This document shows positions 37,889 to 52,127 of a DNA stretch of 64,000 nucleotides, in pieces. A program made the position numbers and the translations under genes. The stretch is from Paragordius varius (lineage: Eukaryota; Animalia; Nematomorpha), in assembly GCA_964247055.1 (NCBI GenBank), contig OZ176051.1, positions 4,092,001 to 4,156,000 on the forward strand, read 5' to 3'. The first letter of the stretch is position 1; each line of letters opens with the position of its first letter. The notes under the pieces were generated by a model. That model saw nothing but the letters and a program-made list of their open reading frames with translations, searched no databases and was not told the DNA's origin.

Positions 37889-40800
37889 ATGAATTCTAGT
37901 TGCGTAGAAAATATGATAAGTGGTGCCGCCCCACAAAATTTACATATTAGCAATAACACCCCTAATGCCAAAAATAAAAATGGTGAAAATGAAAGATATA
38001 TGGTCGGTGAAACTAGAAAAATCGTTATTGATAACGATGATGAATTTCATTCCGGTACCTCTGAAAATTTGTCTCCAGTTTATTCGTCTTCAAACCATAC
38101 TACGAGGACATCGAGTGAAAAAAGCCACAAAGACCAACCTATTAAAGCCAATGCTAGTAATCCAAATCTAAATCAAAGCGAAACATTCCAAAATATTGGT
38201 AAAATCATTGAACAAGGGGCCCAAAAGCCGGTCCTTTCAACCGTGTCTGAAAATCATATATTGGAAAACGGCGAAAAAAAGAATGGAGATAATACTGTTT
38301 CCATCCCAATTAAACGAGAGAGCTTAAATTTTAATTATTATCCGAATAATATGAGTAATAATAACGACATTAACCACTCAAAAACTTTGAAAAATGATAA
38401 AAACAATGTAATAACTTCTTCAAATTCAGAGCTTTCAGAAAATCTTTACAAAACATTCTTGGGCACCATGATGTACCATCATCAAATTGGCCAAAATAGC
38501 ACACGCCCTTTTATTAAATCAGAATACAATCCAAACAGCAATCAGCACAATCTTAGTAATAGCCATAACGATGATCATAACAATAGCAATGATACTCATA
38601 CAAGGCTAGAATCATTTTCTGCTAAAAATGGGTCAGTAAAGCAAGATAATAGACCTCCGAAAGGTACATCATCGGTTTATAACTTTTTATCTAATGGATC
38701 ATCAATACCGACCTTACCCATAAAGAGTGAGACTAATCTTCAGGGATTCACAGCCTTACCATCTACAGCTTCCAACTTGGAACAATCTAGGGTCGAAACA
38801 AGACATGATATCACTTTGAATGATCCCAATATTATCAATAATGGAGGAAGAATGGAAGATTCTACTGGTAAAATAAATTCAACAACGACGAACCAATATC
38901 CATCCTCGGTTAATTCATCGTCTCTGGTTGCAATTGCAACTGCAACCTCAACTCAAATAACTTGTGTCGTGTGCGGTGATAAAAGTAGCGGGAAACATTA
39001 TGGACAGTTCACTTGTGAAGGCTGTAAATCCTTCTTTAAACGAAGTGTTAGGCGCAACCTTAATTACACGTGTCGCGGAACGAAAAATTGTCCCATAGAT
39101 CAACACCATAGAAATCAGTGTCAGTATTGTCGACTTAAAGCATGTATTAGGATGGGTATGCGCAAAGAAGGTAGCTACAATGTGCTTATTTTTTTGCTTT
39201 TTTAAAACAAATACTCGATCCTTTGTTTGAAACTTACTAAACTAGTAAGCTTCATAACTCTAAACAACTTTTCATCTTCAAAAACTAATTAGTTTGTTAT
39301 TTACGTAAAGTTAACAGTACCCATATAACTTAGAAATATTTATTTCCCGGGAAAATTACATATTTACATTGGTCGACGTGACATATTACGAATATATAAC
39401 ACTCATTTATGCATGGAATTTGTCCTATTAGAGTTCATTTTAAACAAAAAAAATGTTCGGTTTTTATTTCCACCCTTTCTTACTTAATTAATTAAAAAGT
39501 TCGAGGAGATGAATATGTTTGATTTTTAAGGCGTAATCGTATGCAAGTCCCATTGCACGGATTAAGTTATTTTCACGATTTTAACGCGACCTAATATTAT
39601 TTCAAACTTATTCTCTTCTTCTATGCGATAATAAAACATTAAATTTATTAATTATTAAAGTTTTAATTTTTTTATGCATGCATATTCATATTTTTTATTT
39701 GATAATAATCAATTATTTTCCTTAGAGGGAAAAAGCAAAAAATGTACTTTTTTTGCCCCACATTTATTTTCTGCATCGCTCTCTATCCTGTATGCTTCCT
39801 TGATTTTACACTTTCGTGTAACTAATTTTCTTATCGGTTTAATTTAAAAAATTTAATTTTTTTATAGAGAAAGTATATCATTTAAAAAAATCATAAATTA
39901 CCTTTACCCAATACAATTTTTTTGATTTTATAAGAAAAATAGCTTATTTCAAGTTTTTATTAAAATCAAGCGAATATATGTTTCTGAACCGAGGATTGAT
40001 TTAGTTATTTTAAATTTTTTTGAAAATTTGATTGATGATTTTTTATAATTTTACTAAAAAACGAAAGTTAAAATGTTAACATCATTCAAATCAACTAACA
40101 TTGAAATAATTAATAACAATTTGTCTTACAAACAAAATCTGAAATAAACTTTGTCTCTGAATGTAAAATTTATGGTAAACCTTGTTTCTTTATTTCGATG
40201 CTATATACATATATATTTAAGGTAAAAAGTGAAAACTGTTGTATTATTACAAGATATTAGGTTAATGGGTCATATATAAAACAATTTAACACAAATTGTG
40301 AGATATTTGTTCTTTGTTGTGAATGACACAATCTTTCATGTGTGTTTTTGCTGTAAAGAAAAACAGTTATTAAAACGACACCATTGTTTGTTCTCAGATG
40401 ATTTACTTTAAAAAAAATTCTACACAAATTTTATAAACAAACGGATAAGGAATCAGAATTCTATAAAAATAAATCCATCTCCTTCTGGTGTAAATTAAGA
40501 AATAATTGGATTATATTCTTTATTGTGTATTTAAAGTTTAGTTGATATTAGTAAGAGTTATTAAAAAAAACTTTTGCTAGTCAGTTTTAAGTTTCATAGC
40601 ATGCCCCCTTCTTGATTCAAAACTGCTTTTAAAAATAAAGATGTTTAAATTTCAACAAATTATTTCATAATGGGTCTAATTAATAGATGTAGTGCAAATT
40701 TATGTCAATCAAAAAACTCTTTTATCTTAATAATTATCTGGCCCGTAAGGTGGATGGGCCTGCGGTTTGGCGTGGTCAGATTACTATTCAAGGAGAGTAT

Positions 40801-43800
40801 AGCTAAGATTCTTTAAAACCAATGATTAAATACGTAAATAATTAAACAATATTAACATGACACAAATAATTTTTTATTCAGTTTTTTACATGTGTAAGCA
40901 TACATTCCTTGATTGGCTGGTAATAAACAATTGTGAGGCTGTCAGACCTTGTATGATAAAAGCGATTTTCATAAAAATATGGCGATTACAACCTTCAGCA
41001 GGATCAAATTATATGGGAAGAGCGTTTTCATATTTTAATAAATTTTTTGATCGCCGCCATCATGCTTTAAAAAACATACCTTGAACAAATTTTGACCATT
41101 TTTTGTTGAACATATGCTTTTTCATATAATTTATTTTGATGACACAATCTAGCATAAAAAAAATTTTTGTCGCCTAATCTCGGCTCTTTTGTGTCTATTT
41201 AAAGAAAATTGGCCCAGTGGAGTTCAAGGTAAGACTTTCGGATCTTTTATATATGTTTTGCTATTTAATATAGTTTATAATAAATTTCAATATATTTTTT
41301 ATTGGAATGAAGCCACTAATATTGTTTTAGAAAAATATGCGCCCTAATTTTGCGTCCTTCTGATAGAAAGCAATTATAATAAAAATATTTTAATAAAATA
41401 CGTGGTAAGGCCCAAATGCAAAAACAAGAAAACTGATTTTAAATAAATAGTATTCACTAAAATATTTTTGGGCACTGCATTATGCATTAATCCCTACATA
41501 TAAATGCTGAAGAAAGTCGGAAAATTTAAAAGCAGAACCAGTCAGATTTATTTACATTCTAACATTAATTTTGTTTTATACATGAATGTTTTGTCATTGG
41601 GCCAGCGAGATGAATATGAGCGGCTATAGTAAAAATAATTAACTTATTGATTATTTATCCGTAAGAAATTTTTAACGAAAAAACGGTAATAGTTGCAAAA
41701 ATAATTTAAACAGAAGAAACCGACCACCAGATGTCAAAATTTTGAAAATAATCACCTCATTTGGTTTTAAAAAATGATGCCTGGTTGCCAATTTTTTGGA
41801 AAAAAGACAGTTGTAAAATGGTTTTTAAAAAAATTAAACTGCTTAAGGTTTTCACTATATTACACTATATCCTAAAATATAAATTATTCAAATTGGTTTT
41901 TAAATTAAATTTTAAATTGAATAAGATATATATCACCTTTGCGAAACATAGAATACGAGAGACTTAGTTTAATAATTGAAAGAGAGCACAGTATTATCAT
42001 TGGAAAAAAATTAAACTAAAATATTTGATTTGATCGATTTTATATGCCGTATGATGAAGCGTTATAGAGCCATAATTACTAAATTATCAAACAAAGTTAC
42101 TAAATCTATATATTCATAAAAATGAAAAATGCTGGGTTTGTGATCTGGTACCGGAAAACCGGTAGACCCATTCAAATCCAAACATCGAAAAATATAATCA
42201 TTAATGAATGCCCCGACAATAGCTTCGCCCTTTTTTTTGAAATAGACCGCCAGTTCGGGCCCACCCCGTGTGAAAAACGGTTTTTTTTAAAACAGAATTC
42301 CACAAAAATTGTGTCTTTGAGACAATTTTCTGGAGAACGTGTTGGACCATTCAATTTCAAATATGATTTTTGTTTACTTATTTTCGATTGCGCCGAACAT
42401 AGTCGTCTCGCTTTTTTAATTTAGGCCCTCTTTTTACCCGCTACCCCCGTAAAATGCCATTTTTTTCAAAAAACAAAATCTAGAAAAATAATTTTTTAAA
42501 TCTATTTTTCCCCCAAGTACACAATATATTAGTATGAATGCACCGTTTTAAAATTCCTATAAAATCATATTTAAATAATGTTTTGAAATAATCCACATAT
42601 GTGGATCTTATTGTCCCTTATTTCACATGGCATCCCCCCAGAACTATGAAGGACTTCTTCGTGCTGCGTAGCAGCACGAGATTTACGCTAGTAAATATAA
42701 AAATTATATTTGCTTTTTTAAAAATTAAATTAATGGCTATATACTGGGATCGAATGTTATAAGAAACCATAAATTAATTTTGAGCTACCGATTTTCACAT
42801 ATGACCCTTAGATATTTTAGATTTTTCAAAGATTCGAATTTCGTTGGAATTTTGGTTTTTCTTGCTCTGATTTAACCTTTTGTAATATCATCTTGTCCAT
42901 ATGAATAATACGAGTGTCGTTATCAACTGTGGCTTATATAAATTAATTTATTGTCTTACCAAAATTGCAAATGTATATATATATAAAATAGATATATATC
43001 TGGAAAATTAGAATTACATATTATAAGACACCAAATTTAGGGTTAAAAATGTCGTTTTCGAATAATAATTTGGATAGAGAAATTCGAAAGATAATAAAAT
43101 TAATGTCATCATTTAGTTGTTTTTGAAAATTTTTGTTATTAAATATTCAAAGGTCAAAATGGCCAAAACTTATCAAGATTTTAAAAAATAATGCATAAAA
43201 GCGACTAAATTACAAAAATTAGATTTTTGATATTAAATCTCTAAAAATGTCTTTGCAGGGATTAACAAATGTGAAAATTTGGTTAAATTAATTAAGTCAA
43301 GCTTCAAACACCTCACATTTAACTTTTTATATTAAAAAATGGCATTAACCCCTACTGTAAAATATATTTTGTTCCCCTATCTCATCTACCGAACGGGTGA
43401 ATCACATGTTTTTAACACAAACTTTAAGGAATCACTGTGGTTCAAACTTTTATCGTAGTTTAATTTTTTACATTCTAAAACCCCCATAAACAAATTTTGC
43501 GAAATTAAGTAAAATATTTTTAATCTTAAAAAAATATGATTTTGCATTTTAGAAGCTTTGCGTTATAAGTCTAAGCTTATTAAAACACAAGCCCTATGAT
43601 TTTGTGTATTTTATCTTTATATTCATTACCATTTTATTCATAAATAACGATGATAATTCAACAGCTATTTGCTATCCTGATCAGCAATTTGACCCCCATT
43701 TTTTCGAGTCTCAAGAGCTGCGCGCCTATCCAAAAATATTAAAATTATAAATTACCCCAAATTTAACGATAACTTTATCATGTATGAATTTTATATGTGT

Positions 43801-46800
43801 GTAGCGGTTCAAAAAGGACGAGCACCTTTGATGCTTCATTCGAACCACACTAACAGTCATTATGCCAGTTTGGTACACCATCCTTACAATCATACGGCTA
43901 CTAATGGTCGATATAAACATCCAAACCATTCTTTATTATACCATATCCCACATCAACTAAATCAGAATCAAAATCATGGCTGCAGTATGAATGTGAATAA
44001 TATGTCGCACACAAGTGCACAATCCACGACGTTCAATATGAACAACATCAAAACTAATGGTATGGATAATAGCAGAAATAGCATTAAAAATGGATTAAAA
44101 TCGGCCTCAAGACATCAACATAAAGATTTTGCGAATGATTCCACTAACCCTAACCGTTGGAAAAATGGTCATATCCCTCATATTACATCTCAGAATAATT
44201 TTTCTACCAATGGACAAAACACAAATATTAATTATAATAATTTTTGCCCTCCAAATACCCTAGCATCAAATGAAGAATCAAAAACCGAAACTTTAATGAA
44301 AAACAATAGTATGCTTGATATAAGAAATATTTTTAATGCCCTATCACCAGTTCCCATTTTTAAGGTGAACAATGTCAACAGTATCGATAAAAATATTAAT
44401 GAAAAAAATTTTGTCAGTCATAATAATATCACCAAACCTAATAATCAAAACAAAGATAAAGCCATCAACAAAAATGCTACCAATACTTTTGATAACCATG
44501 AGAAAATTTTTGACAAAGATGTCAATGGGAATCCGGGTAATAGCGTATAATATAAAACAAATTTTGTCTATAATTAAATATAATTTAATGTTGTAAGATA
44601 GGAAAAAATGTATAATTTCAATCATTTGTTGTTTTTTACCCATACGCTACTGTATTGCCAATTAACCGAACATGTAAATTGACGAAATTTATGGACACAC
44701 AGTATTTGGTAAAATGAATAATTTTTAAATAAACCAATTTAAGGGGTTACGGATATAATATAATTTTAATTTCTTCTACTTAAAAGCTTGTCTACCGTTT
44801 GATGAAAAATATTTTCCAGGCCTCCAACCGGAACCCGGTTCCTGAGATTTTAACGGAACCGGTTTTGTTTACTTGATACCACCGGTTCCCGTTCCACCTC
44901 CAAAATAAGGGGTTACCATATGTTTTTTAAATTTGATGTTTATAACATTTTGCCTGTCAAAATGGCATGACCATTGTTGTTTTTTTAAATTCGATTGAAA
45001 TGCAATTACCATGTTGCCAATTTTTTGATCTAAATTTAACACTAGGAGAGAACCATAGCATATGATTTTTTTAATCTATAAGTTATGAACTTATCTTCTG
45101 GTTAAAAACCATAAACTTATATTGGTGTCTTATAGCTTAGGAAAAGAAAGCATACAATAAATTTATCTTATGATTTATATTATTGTAATAAAAATGATGA
45201 AGGAAAATCATTTAATCAGGAACCAAAATAAATCCGATAAAGAACCGGTTCTGGAACAGAGTTTTTAAGGAAACAGTCCGGTTAAGATTCCAAAATTTTG
45301 GGAGCCACCATAGTTCCACTTCATTAATCAGCCAGGTTCCGGTTCCACTTTATTCCCGGTTCAAAGCCCTGATATTATTATTAGATCAAACATTTGACCC
45401 CCGTAATGTGTTTGAGGTAGAAACAAAGTTTGTCGAGTTGTCATTTAATATGAGGAAAATATTACCAAACCAAAATTAACCATTCAACAAATAAAAATTT
45501 GTCAATATCAACTCCTACAAAACGCTAAAAAATTTATAAGTGATCTTAAGTCGTTCTCAAATTTAGAAGTTAAAAAGGTGTTTTGTAATATATCATAGAC
45601 TTGTTTATAATCATTATTACTATTATTATTATTCTTATTGTAAAAAGAAGTAAAAGTCCATTTAATAAGTTTTCTTAACTTTTCATAATTAATAAATTAT
45701 ATCAACTTAAAGCCTTTTTAAAAACATTGATAACAATTTGCGAAAAACAATATTCTATATTCATACCTACAGATAATGAATTGAAAAAGCACATTGACGA
45801 TTTTTACACAGCTTTGGGCTTAGGTTATGGTTTAGGATTTTGTCCACCTTTATTGAAGTCCCCGTCAGTTTTACCAAAAAATCCAATGATAAGTGTTAAT
45901 AACTCTTACCAAAGTAATAGTATTCCCAACACAATAATTTCTACAGCCTTAAGTAATAACCAAATAATCGAAAGTATATGTGGAAAAAATGAGGAATCCA
46001 CACTTAAATACACGGAAAATACAGAGGTTGATGAACCACCAACTCAGATAGAAAGATCTATATCAAATACTAAAGAAAACAATATGTACAAAAAATCATT
46101 ACTATTAAATTTTACCAAAATCAAAAATACTCATAAAAGATGTGACGATTATTATAATGTTAACAACGAAGCTAAGCCAAATAACGTTGATGAGGATGAA
46201 AATCTGCAAGACAATCCAGTGAATCTCTCCAAACCAAAATTGTTCGAATCTCATGTCAAAAATAAAATTAACACCAAAGAAAGCACCACTTCACGAATCG
46301 ATATCAAAAACTCCGACCCTATCAATAGTAATTATAACTCAAAATATTCATTTTTTAATCCTTATAATGCTGCTTATAACTCGTCGTACTATTTCCCAAA
46401 TCCATACCACCTACTTCAAGCTCATTTACATCAAAACCATAATTCTCTTAATGAAGGCAGTAGTAAAGCATTCAATCCAATGGATCCTTTTGTAATGCAA
46501 TATTTAGCGGCAAATGCAATGTGGAACTCACCCTTTTACCGTTCCAACGGCACACTTAAACATAATCAACAGCAAGAGCTGTATTATCAAACATTTATTC
46601 ATAATCTTTTCAATTATCGAAACTTGAACCACCAACACGCAAAAAACATGGATACCAATACCGATGTTGGCTCACGTGGCAATCCAAATATTTTAAAGGA
46701 GCAAACAATCAAGGAGGAAAAGAATCTCAATCAATACTACAATAAATTGTCATTTTGTATGTCCAAACATCAACAAACTACACAAGAAGGCCAACGAAAT

Positions 46801-49419
46801 CAAAAATACCCTAAAATGAAAAAAGAGACCGATTCTCATGATTCAAAGCACAAAGCGAGTAGTGCCAACACATTATCGGCATCGTTGGAAGATGTGTTAA
46901 AGATGGGGCTTCACCATTCTCCTTACGATTCATCGCCTAATTCGGATGATATTCCATTTGAAGATATCATGCCACTTGTGAGCAAAGACGATATAGAGTT
47001 AACTACCATCCCTTACCTGGAAAAAGTTTCAGAAAGCTCAAAAGAATTTTTGACTCTGTGCATTGAATTAGAGAGTTACGAAATCGTTTTGCAGAGACTA
47101 CGGATTATTATGGGATTTCCCAACGATTTAAAGAGCGTAAAGGAGTGCAATCTATGGTTCGATTGCGATTTGAGAGACAAGGTCCAAACAATTTCTTATT
47201 TTCAGCATTCCCTTTTAACCAACAAAAGCATAATCAAATTAATACTTGCCAACAATATTTCTTGGATGAAAGATATTACATCCCAACACTGTCCTAGTCT
47301 AAGTACATTAGAAAGATTTGTCGTAGCAAAGCAATCCCTATTACAATTATTTATGATTCAAACGGCTTTTTTCATATCACATCTATCTAAGAGGGTCGAA
47401 GATAACGATATAAATATAAAACAAAATGGCTCCAAAAATTTAAATGACTTTGATGGAAATTCCGAACAGGAACATTCATCTGATTCTTCCGATAAACCAA
47501 TAAATATGACTTCTCCCAATAAATCCTATATTAATAATTATAAGAAAAAATCGAAATCCTTAAGCCGTGAACAATCGACAATGTCCAAAAAGAATTTAAG
47601 ATACTCAAACATCTACATAAATCATCTAAATAAACTCATTTCTTATAACTTGGATCCGTTGGAATGTTCTTGCATTAAAGCCATAATATTTTTTTCGACA
47701 GGTATATTGTGGTTTTTGGCTTTAGTATTTTTTCTTAAACCATTATATATAATTTATTTATTCTGACCATAGATATTCAGCCATAAGTCTAATAATTTAA
47801 ATTTTTAAAGTATGATAAAATATTATCTAAAATCAGCTAATGTACTTTTGCTTAATTAATCTATAAAGTTATTTTACGCAATTTAGCCTCATTTTGCTAA
47901 ATAAACTGCTAATTTATTAAATAAGTGTGCGTGGTAGATGTGAAAAAAATATACCGTATGCATTTTAATGGTTGCTTATTTTACATTATAGTAAGGCAAT
48001 TTGCAACACAGGAGTGTATAAAAAGAAAGAAAATAATTGTTTATTCAACATTTTGTTGTTATTTCCACAAACTACTGTGTTGCAAATTTCCATACTATAG
48101 TGTGATATGAGCAACCATTAAAATGCATACTGTATTTATCAAAGTTCAAAGCTTTATATTAGACGACCATTCATTAAATATACAGTTAAGAGTCTCTTTT
48201 TTCCTTTTTTATCAAAGGGTAAGTACTTAAATTGTATCCGGAATTGTGAAGACTTTAACACTGGCCTGCCCAACTAAGAGTGATGATAGAAAAAGTGCGT
48301 AGTTTGAGGTTTCGAACCATGGCACCCAGTGTAAGAGTCCGGCGCCCTACCTTTTAAAATATTAAGTTTTATGAAACATGGTACGATCATTTTTAATATA
48401 TAATAGATTCCACCCATGACGTTTTGTTTGAACGTTTCCATGAGAAGATTTTTACCTCATTTGAAGAGTATACGCGTCTTAAGGTAAATTATTGTCAGCA
48501 TAAACCACATACTACTCAAGAACCCACTTCATTGCTTTCTGAAAAGTATGATCCGTTATCCTGTCGATTTGGAAAAATTTTGTTAACTTTGTTCCATCTC
48601 AAAGCCATGAAATGTGAAGATTTAGATATTTCTCATGATTTAATTATTCATAGCGATAGTTTGGATCTTTCGCTAATTCATTTGTATAGTAATGAGGATA
48701 ATCAAAATAAGTTAACCAATTTTAACCATGATGGCATCGCCAATACTACTCCGGCGACATTGTTAAGCACACAAAAAAGTGAAAAAAGGAAGGATGGACT
48801 GACAAAAAAGTCACCCAGCGTAAGATGTGAAGTAAATAGCAGATTGTCAAAGTTAGTGGAGCAATTCTCCAAATTATTTACGAATGCTGGGAACAGCCAG
48901 AATGGTGGTGCAGAAGAATGTAATCAATTCGTATTCAATGAATCTTCCCCAGATGATCATCAAATATCTATCGATTATTCCTTTTCTTCTTCCAATGAAC
49001 ACCAAGCTACAACACCACCCTCCAAAAGTATTAGTAAAGAAAATTCCCCTAAAGGTCCTCATTCCCACAGTATTATTGTGCCCGATTTCGCTCAGGAAGA
49101 CACAAAAGAAGAAGGTTTAACAATGGACCAAGATACCAAAAAAGACGATGTAATTTGCAATGCAACAAGTCTTACTACAACAACTGCGACCTCTAAAATA
49201 GATGATTCAGTAAAAAATACAACGAATTCTGAACACAATGAATCTAATCATTCCAAAAAATCTGCACCTGCGAAAGATAATCTATCAAACAATCATGGTA
49301 AAATTAAGAGTCTCAATATCAATGGCACCAAAAAAGGCATTAAGAAACGAAAATTTCATAATAATGATAATACTCCCGGTGAAAAAGTTATGGCGTTTTC
49401 TGTTAACTCAAGTTCTTGA
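37889..49419 (+). CDS. NR2F: COUP-TF/seven-up nuclear receptor (NR2F), about 1651 aa, 4 coding exons
   Basis: Exons 37889-39170, 43805-44536, 45773-47701 and 48407-49419, all joined by phase-1 GT-AG introns (total 4956 nt). The [61 protein letters not shown] is nearly identical to svp/COUP-TF, and the splice restores MRKE-AVQKGR. LBD remnants: [58 protein letters not shown] strong acceptor at about 37750-37807 implies an upstream 5'UTR exon. Confidence 0.9.
42105..42691 (+). mobile_element. Complete non-autonomous Helitron (587 bp) in NR2F intron 1
   Basis: a|TCTATATATTCATAAAAATG ... TCGTGCTGC-GTA-GCAGCACGA-GATTTACG-CTAG|t. The perfect 9-bp hairpin lies 8 nt before CTAG, the target is A/T, and the body matches the array monomer. 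Confidence 0.88.
44817..45371. mobile_element. hAT-like MITE with GGAACCGG subterminal repeats
   Basis: The right end is GGTTCAAAGCCCTG and the degenerate left end is CAGGCCTCCAACCGGAACC. Multiple AACCGG/CCGGTT subterminal motifs are present. The flanks ATATTTTC and ATATTATT match at 6/8 positions (possible 8-bp TSD). Confidence 0.55.
48177..48351 (-). mobile_element. tRNA-derived SINE, 5'-truncated copy in NR2F intron 3
   Basis: Colinear with 18009-18186. It retains a consensus B-box GGTTCGAAACC (48308-48318, minus strand) but lacks the A-box. Confidence 0.7.
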
Positions 49420-50204
49420 GTAAGGGCACAGACATATGATAACCAAAAATTTTTATATTTATAATTATCTCCAATATTTATTTATACCTTATTATGAGTC
49501 AATCGAATATATATATATATATATATATATAATATTTTTTTTGTTTAATATAAGTTTTTATATATACATATTTATATTTTTAATTGAACAATCTCAACAT
49601 AACCAAATTGAATATAGCTTTACAATGGCAATTTATTTTTATTTAACATAAACAGCTATAATTATAATTATAATAATAAATATTTAAAATATATTATTTT
49701 AAGGTAAAATTTTAATTTAATTGGTAAAACTGATTATTCCATATAATTCGAATAAAAGGCACAGTTAGTCGCAAAATTAAGGGCATGGCATTTAGAGTCA
49801 ATGATTAGCTTTTATAAAGCGAAGAAAAATCGGTGGTTGGACATGAGAATTAAAAACAACTAACCCAATACGCTAAACAGCGGATTATATCAACTTTTTT
49901 AGTTTTATAAAGGAAAACAAGCAAATTTTTCATATATTTAAGAAAAAAAAACACATTTAATACTTCGTTAGATGTTCCTTTTTTTGCAGACGATTACATT
50001 TTGGGGTAGTTTGCCCCAGATATTTAACTTGTAAATAAACCACTATTTAAGTTTTGGTTAAAACTTAATTATTAAACATTGTTCTCCTGTATTAGATAAA
50101 AAGCTTTTTTATCTTACCTTTTTTTAACTTCTGAAAGAAACAGCTGATTAAAAAATTAATAAATATAAAAAACCTACTAAAATGTGAATTTGAAATCTTT
50201 TTAA

Positions 50205-50778
50205 CACTTGGATACAACACACTCATTTTAGTCCTTCGATTTAAATTGGGGTATTAGATACCCCAGGCCTGTTTAAAATTAAATTCTTTAAAAGATATAG
50301 AAGGAATCGAAACCATGGCAAAATTTTGCACTTATCTAACATCAATTAACCGAAATATATAAAAAAATTTATTCAAAAATACTTGATATTACTTATTTTA
50401 AGCTAAAACCGAAAGGTAAAAATTTTGGCAACGTGACATGTGTTAAATTGTAAAATTGAAAAATTATACAAACTAAACCGCTTTTTCTATTTCTATCAAT
50501 GTTAGATGTAATTTATATAAAAAATTAGCTTTTTTTACCCTTAAAATTAAATAAATACGATATTTTGCAAAAATATTGTAAAATAAAAATGGCGTCGAAG
50601 TGAGATGGAGCTTTTTTTTCAAAACAAAATTATATCAAGATATTTTGGCATATTTATATAATATTTATCAGGATAAAAGCATAAATTTAAATTGGGACCG
50701 TTTCCTTCAGTAGGTTTTTAAAAATATTAATTTAAATTTAGTCTGGGGTATTTAGATACCCCAATTTGAATCGAAGTG
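50205..50778. mobile_element. piggyBac-like MITE (TTAA target)
   Basis: TTAA|CACTT... at 50201 and ...CGAAGTG|TTAA at 50779. Inverted subterminal blocks CTTCGATTTAAATTGGGGTATTAGATACCCCA and TGGGGTATTTAGATACCCCAATTTGAATCGAAG are present. Confidence 0.65.
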
Positions 50779-51046
50779 TTAAAGTTAATTGTTTACTTTT
50801 ATACATTTATTTCCCGTTTTCTAGAAAATCAAATCCAAAGAAAAGATACTAAAACGTTTAAGATGATAATTTTTTTACCATTTACAAGCGTCTATAAACT
50901 AAAGAACGCATATTTTAAATTTGGCCCTATATCCTAGATACATTTTAAGTTATTAGAGATCGCTCCAGTACAAAACTTTTCCAAAAAGTAATGAAGCGCT
51001 GAATATGAGTTTATATAAAAGCATTTTTAAGTTTACACAGTTGACA

Positions 51047-51960
51047 TCTATATATTTATAAAAATGGAATATGCTGGCTTTGTTATCTATTTCCGGAAAA
51101 CCGGTAGACCCATTCAAATCCAAATATCGAAAATATATAATTACTAATGAATGCCTCGACAATAGCTTGGCCCTTTTTTGAATTAGGCTCCCAGTTCAGG
51201 CCCACCCCTTGTAAAAAACGGGTTTTTTTTTGAAAATAAATGTCCACAAAAATCTTGTTCGAGACATTTTTCCGAAAAACCTGTTGGACCATTCAATTTC
51301 AAATATGATTTTTGTTTACTTATTTTCGATTGCGCCGAAAATAGTCGTCTCGCTTTTTTGATCTAGGCCCTATGTTTACACCCCCTCCCCCCCTAAAAAT
51401 GCCATTTTTTTCAAAAAACAAAGTCCACAAAAATAATTTTTTGATTCTATTTTTCGCCCAAGGTATGAAACCGTAAAAATTTAATAAAGATTTCACGGAT
51501 TCCCTGTTAAAAGGCAAAAATTTTAGTCCAGGGTTTCTTTCATGATGGCTGCTGGGTAAGGAGCTACCCGCGAAAAACTGACCCGTCATATCAAAAGAGC
51601 GTGTTATTGGGGCTAAATTTCATAAAACCTATCAGGCCATATGAGTTCAATAGCTGCTTAAAGTATTACCCGTAACAAGTATATATTTATGTCGAGCGGA
51701 TTTTTTAAACAACCGTTAAAAAGGCCTTTTAATCCCTAAAAAATGCGCTATCATTGAACTATTACTTAGTTTTGAAGCCATTCTTCCATAAACTATTAGG
51801 AATGAATGATGATTCCAGGTACAAAGGAATTTTTTAACTAACTACATTTTTATATTGGTCTCTGAATAGTGGGCTACCCGCCTACAACAGCGCCATCATA
51901 TCCATACAGCATGCCTTTGGGGCCAAATTTCAGAATATGAGACTATGTGAATCATTTTAA
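51047..51960 (+). mobile_element. Helitron family copy, long variant without its own 3' end
   Basis: a|TCTATATATTTATAAAAATGG at 51047, then a full monomer, then an extension homologous to 14040-14600 (reverse). The right boundary is approximate. Confidence 0.75.
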
Positions 51961-52127
51961 AACTTCGTGCCGCATAACGAAATTGCTTATAAAATCAAAA
52001 ACAAATTATGCTCATTTCAAATAAAATTGTCTATCTCAATATTCCAACGATACAATTAAATGATCAATCAGACTTTATTGATTTTAAACATAAAATCGGA
52101 TTAGTTTGTTGTTTTATTATTTATTTA

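Noticed and set aside
43186-43206. Putative NR2F autoregulatory direct repeat (AGGTCAaaaTGGCCA)
   Set aside because: The second half-site is poor, and isolated AGGTCA hexamers are expected by chance.
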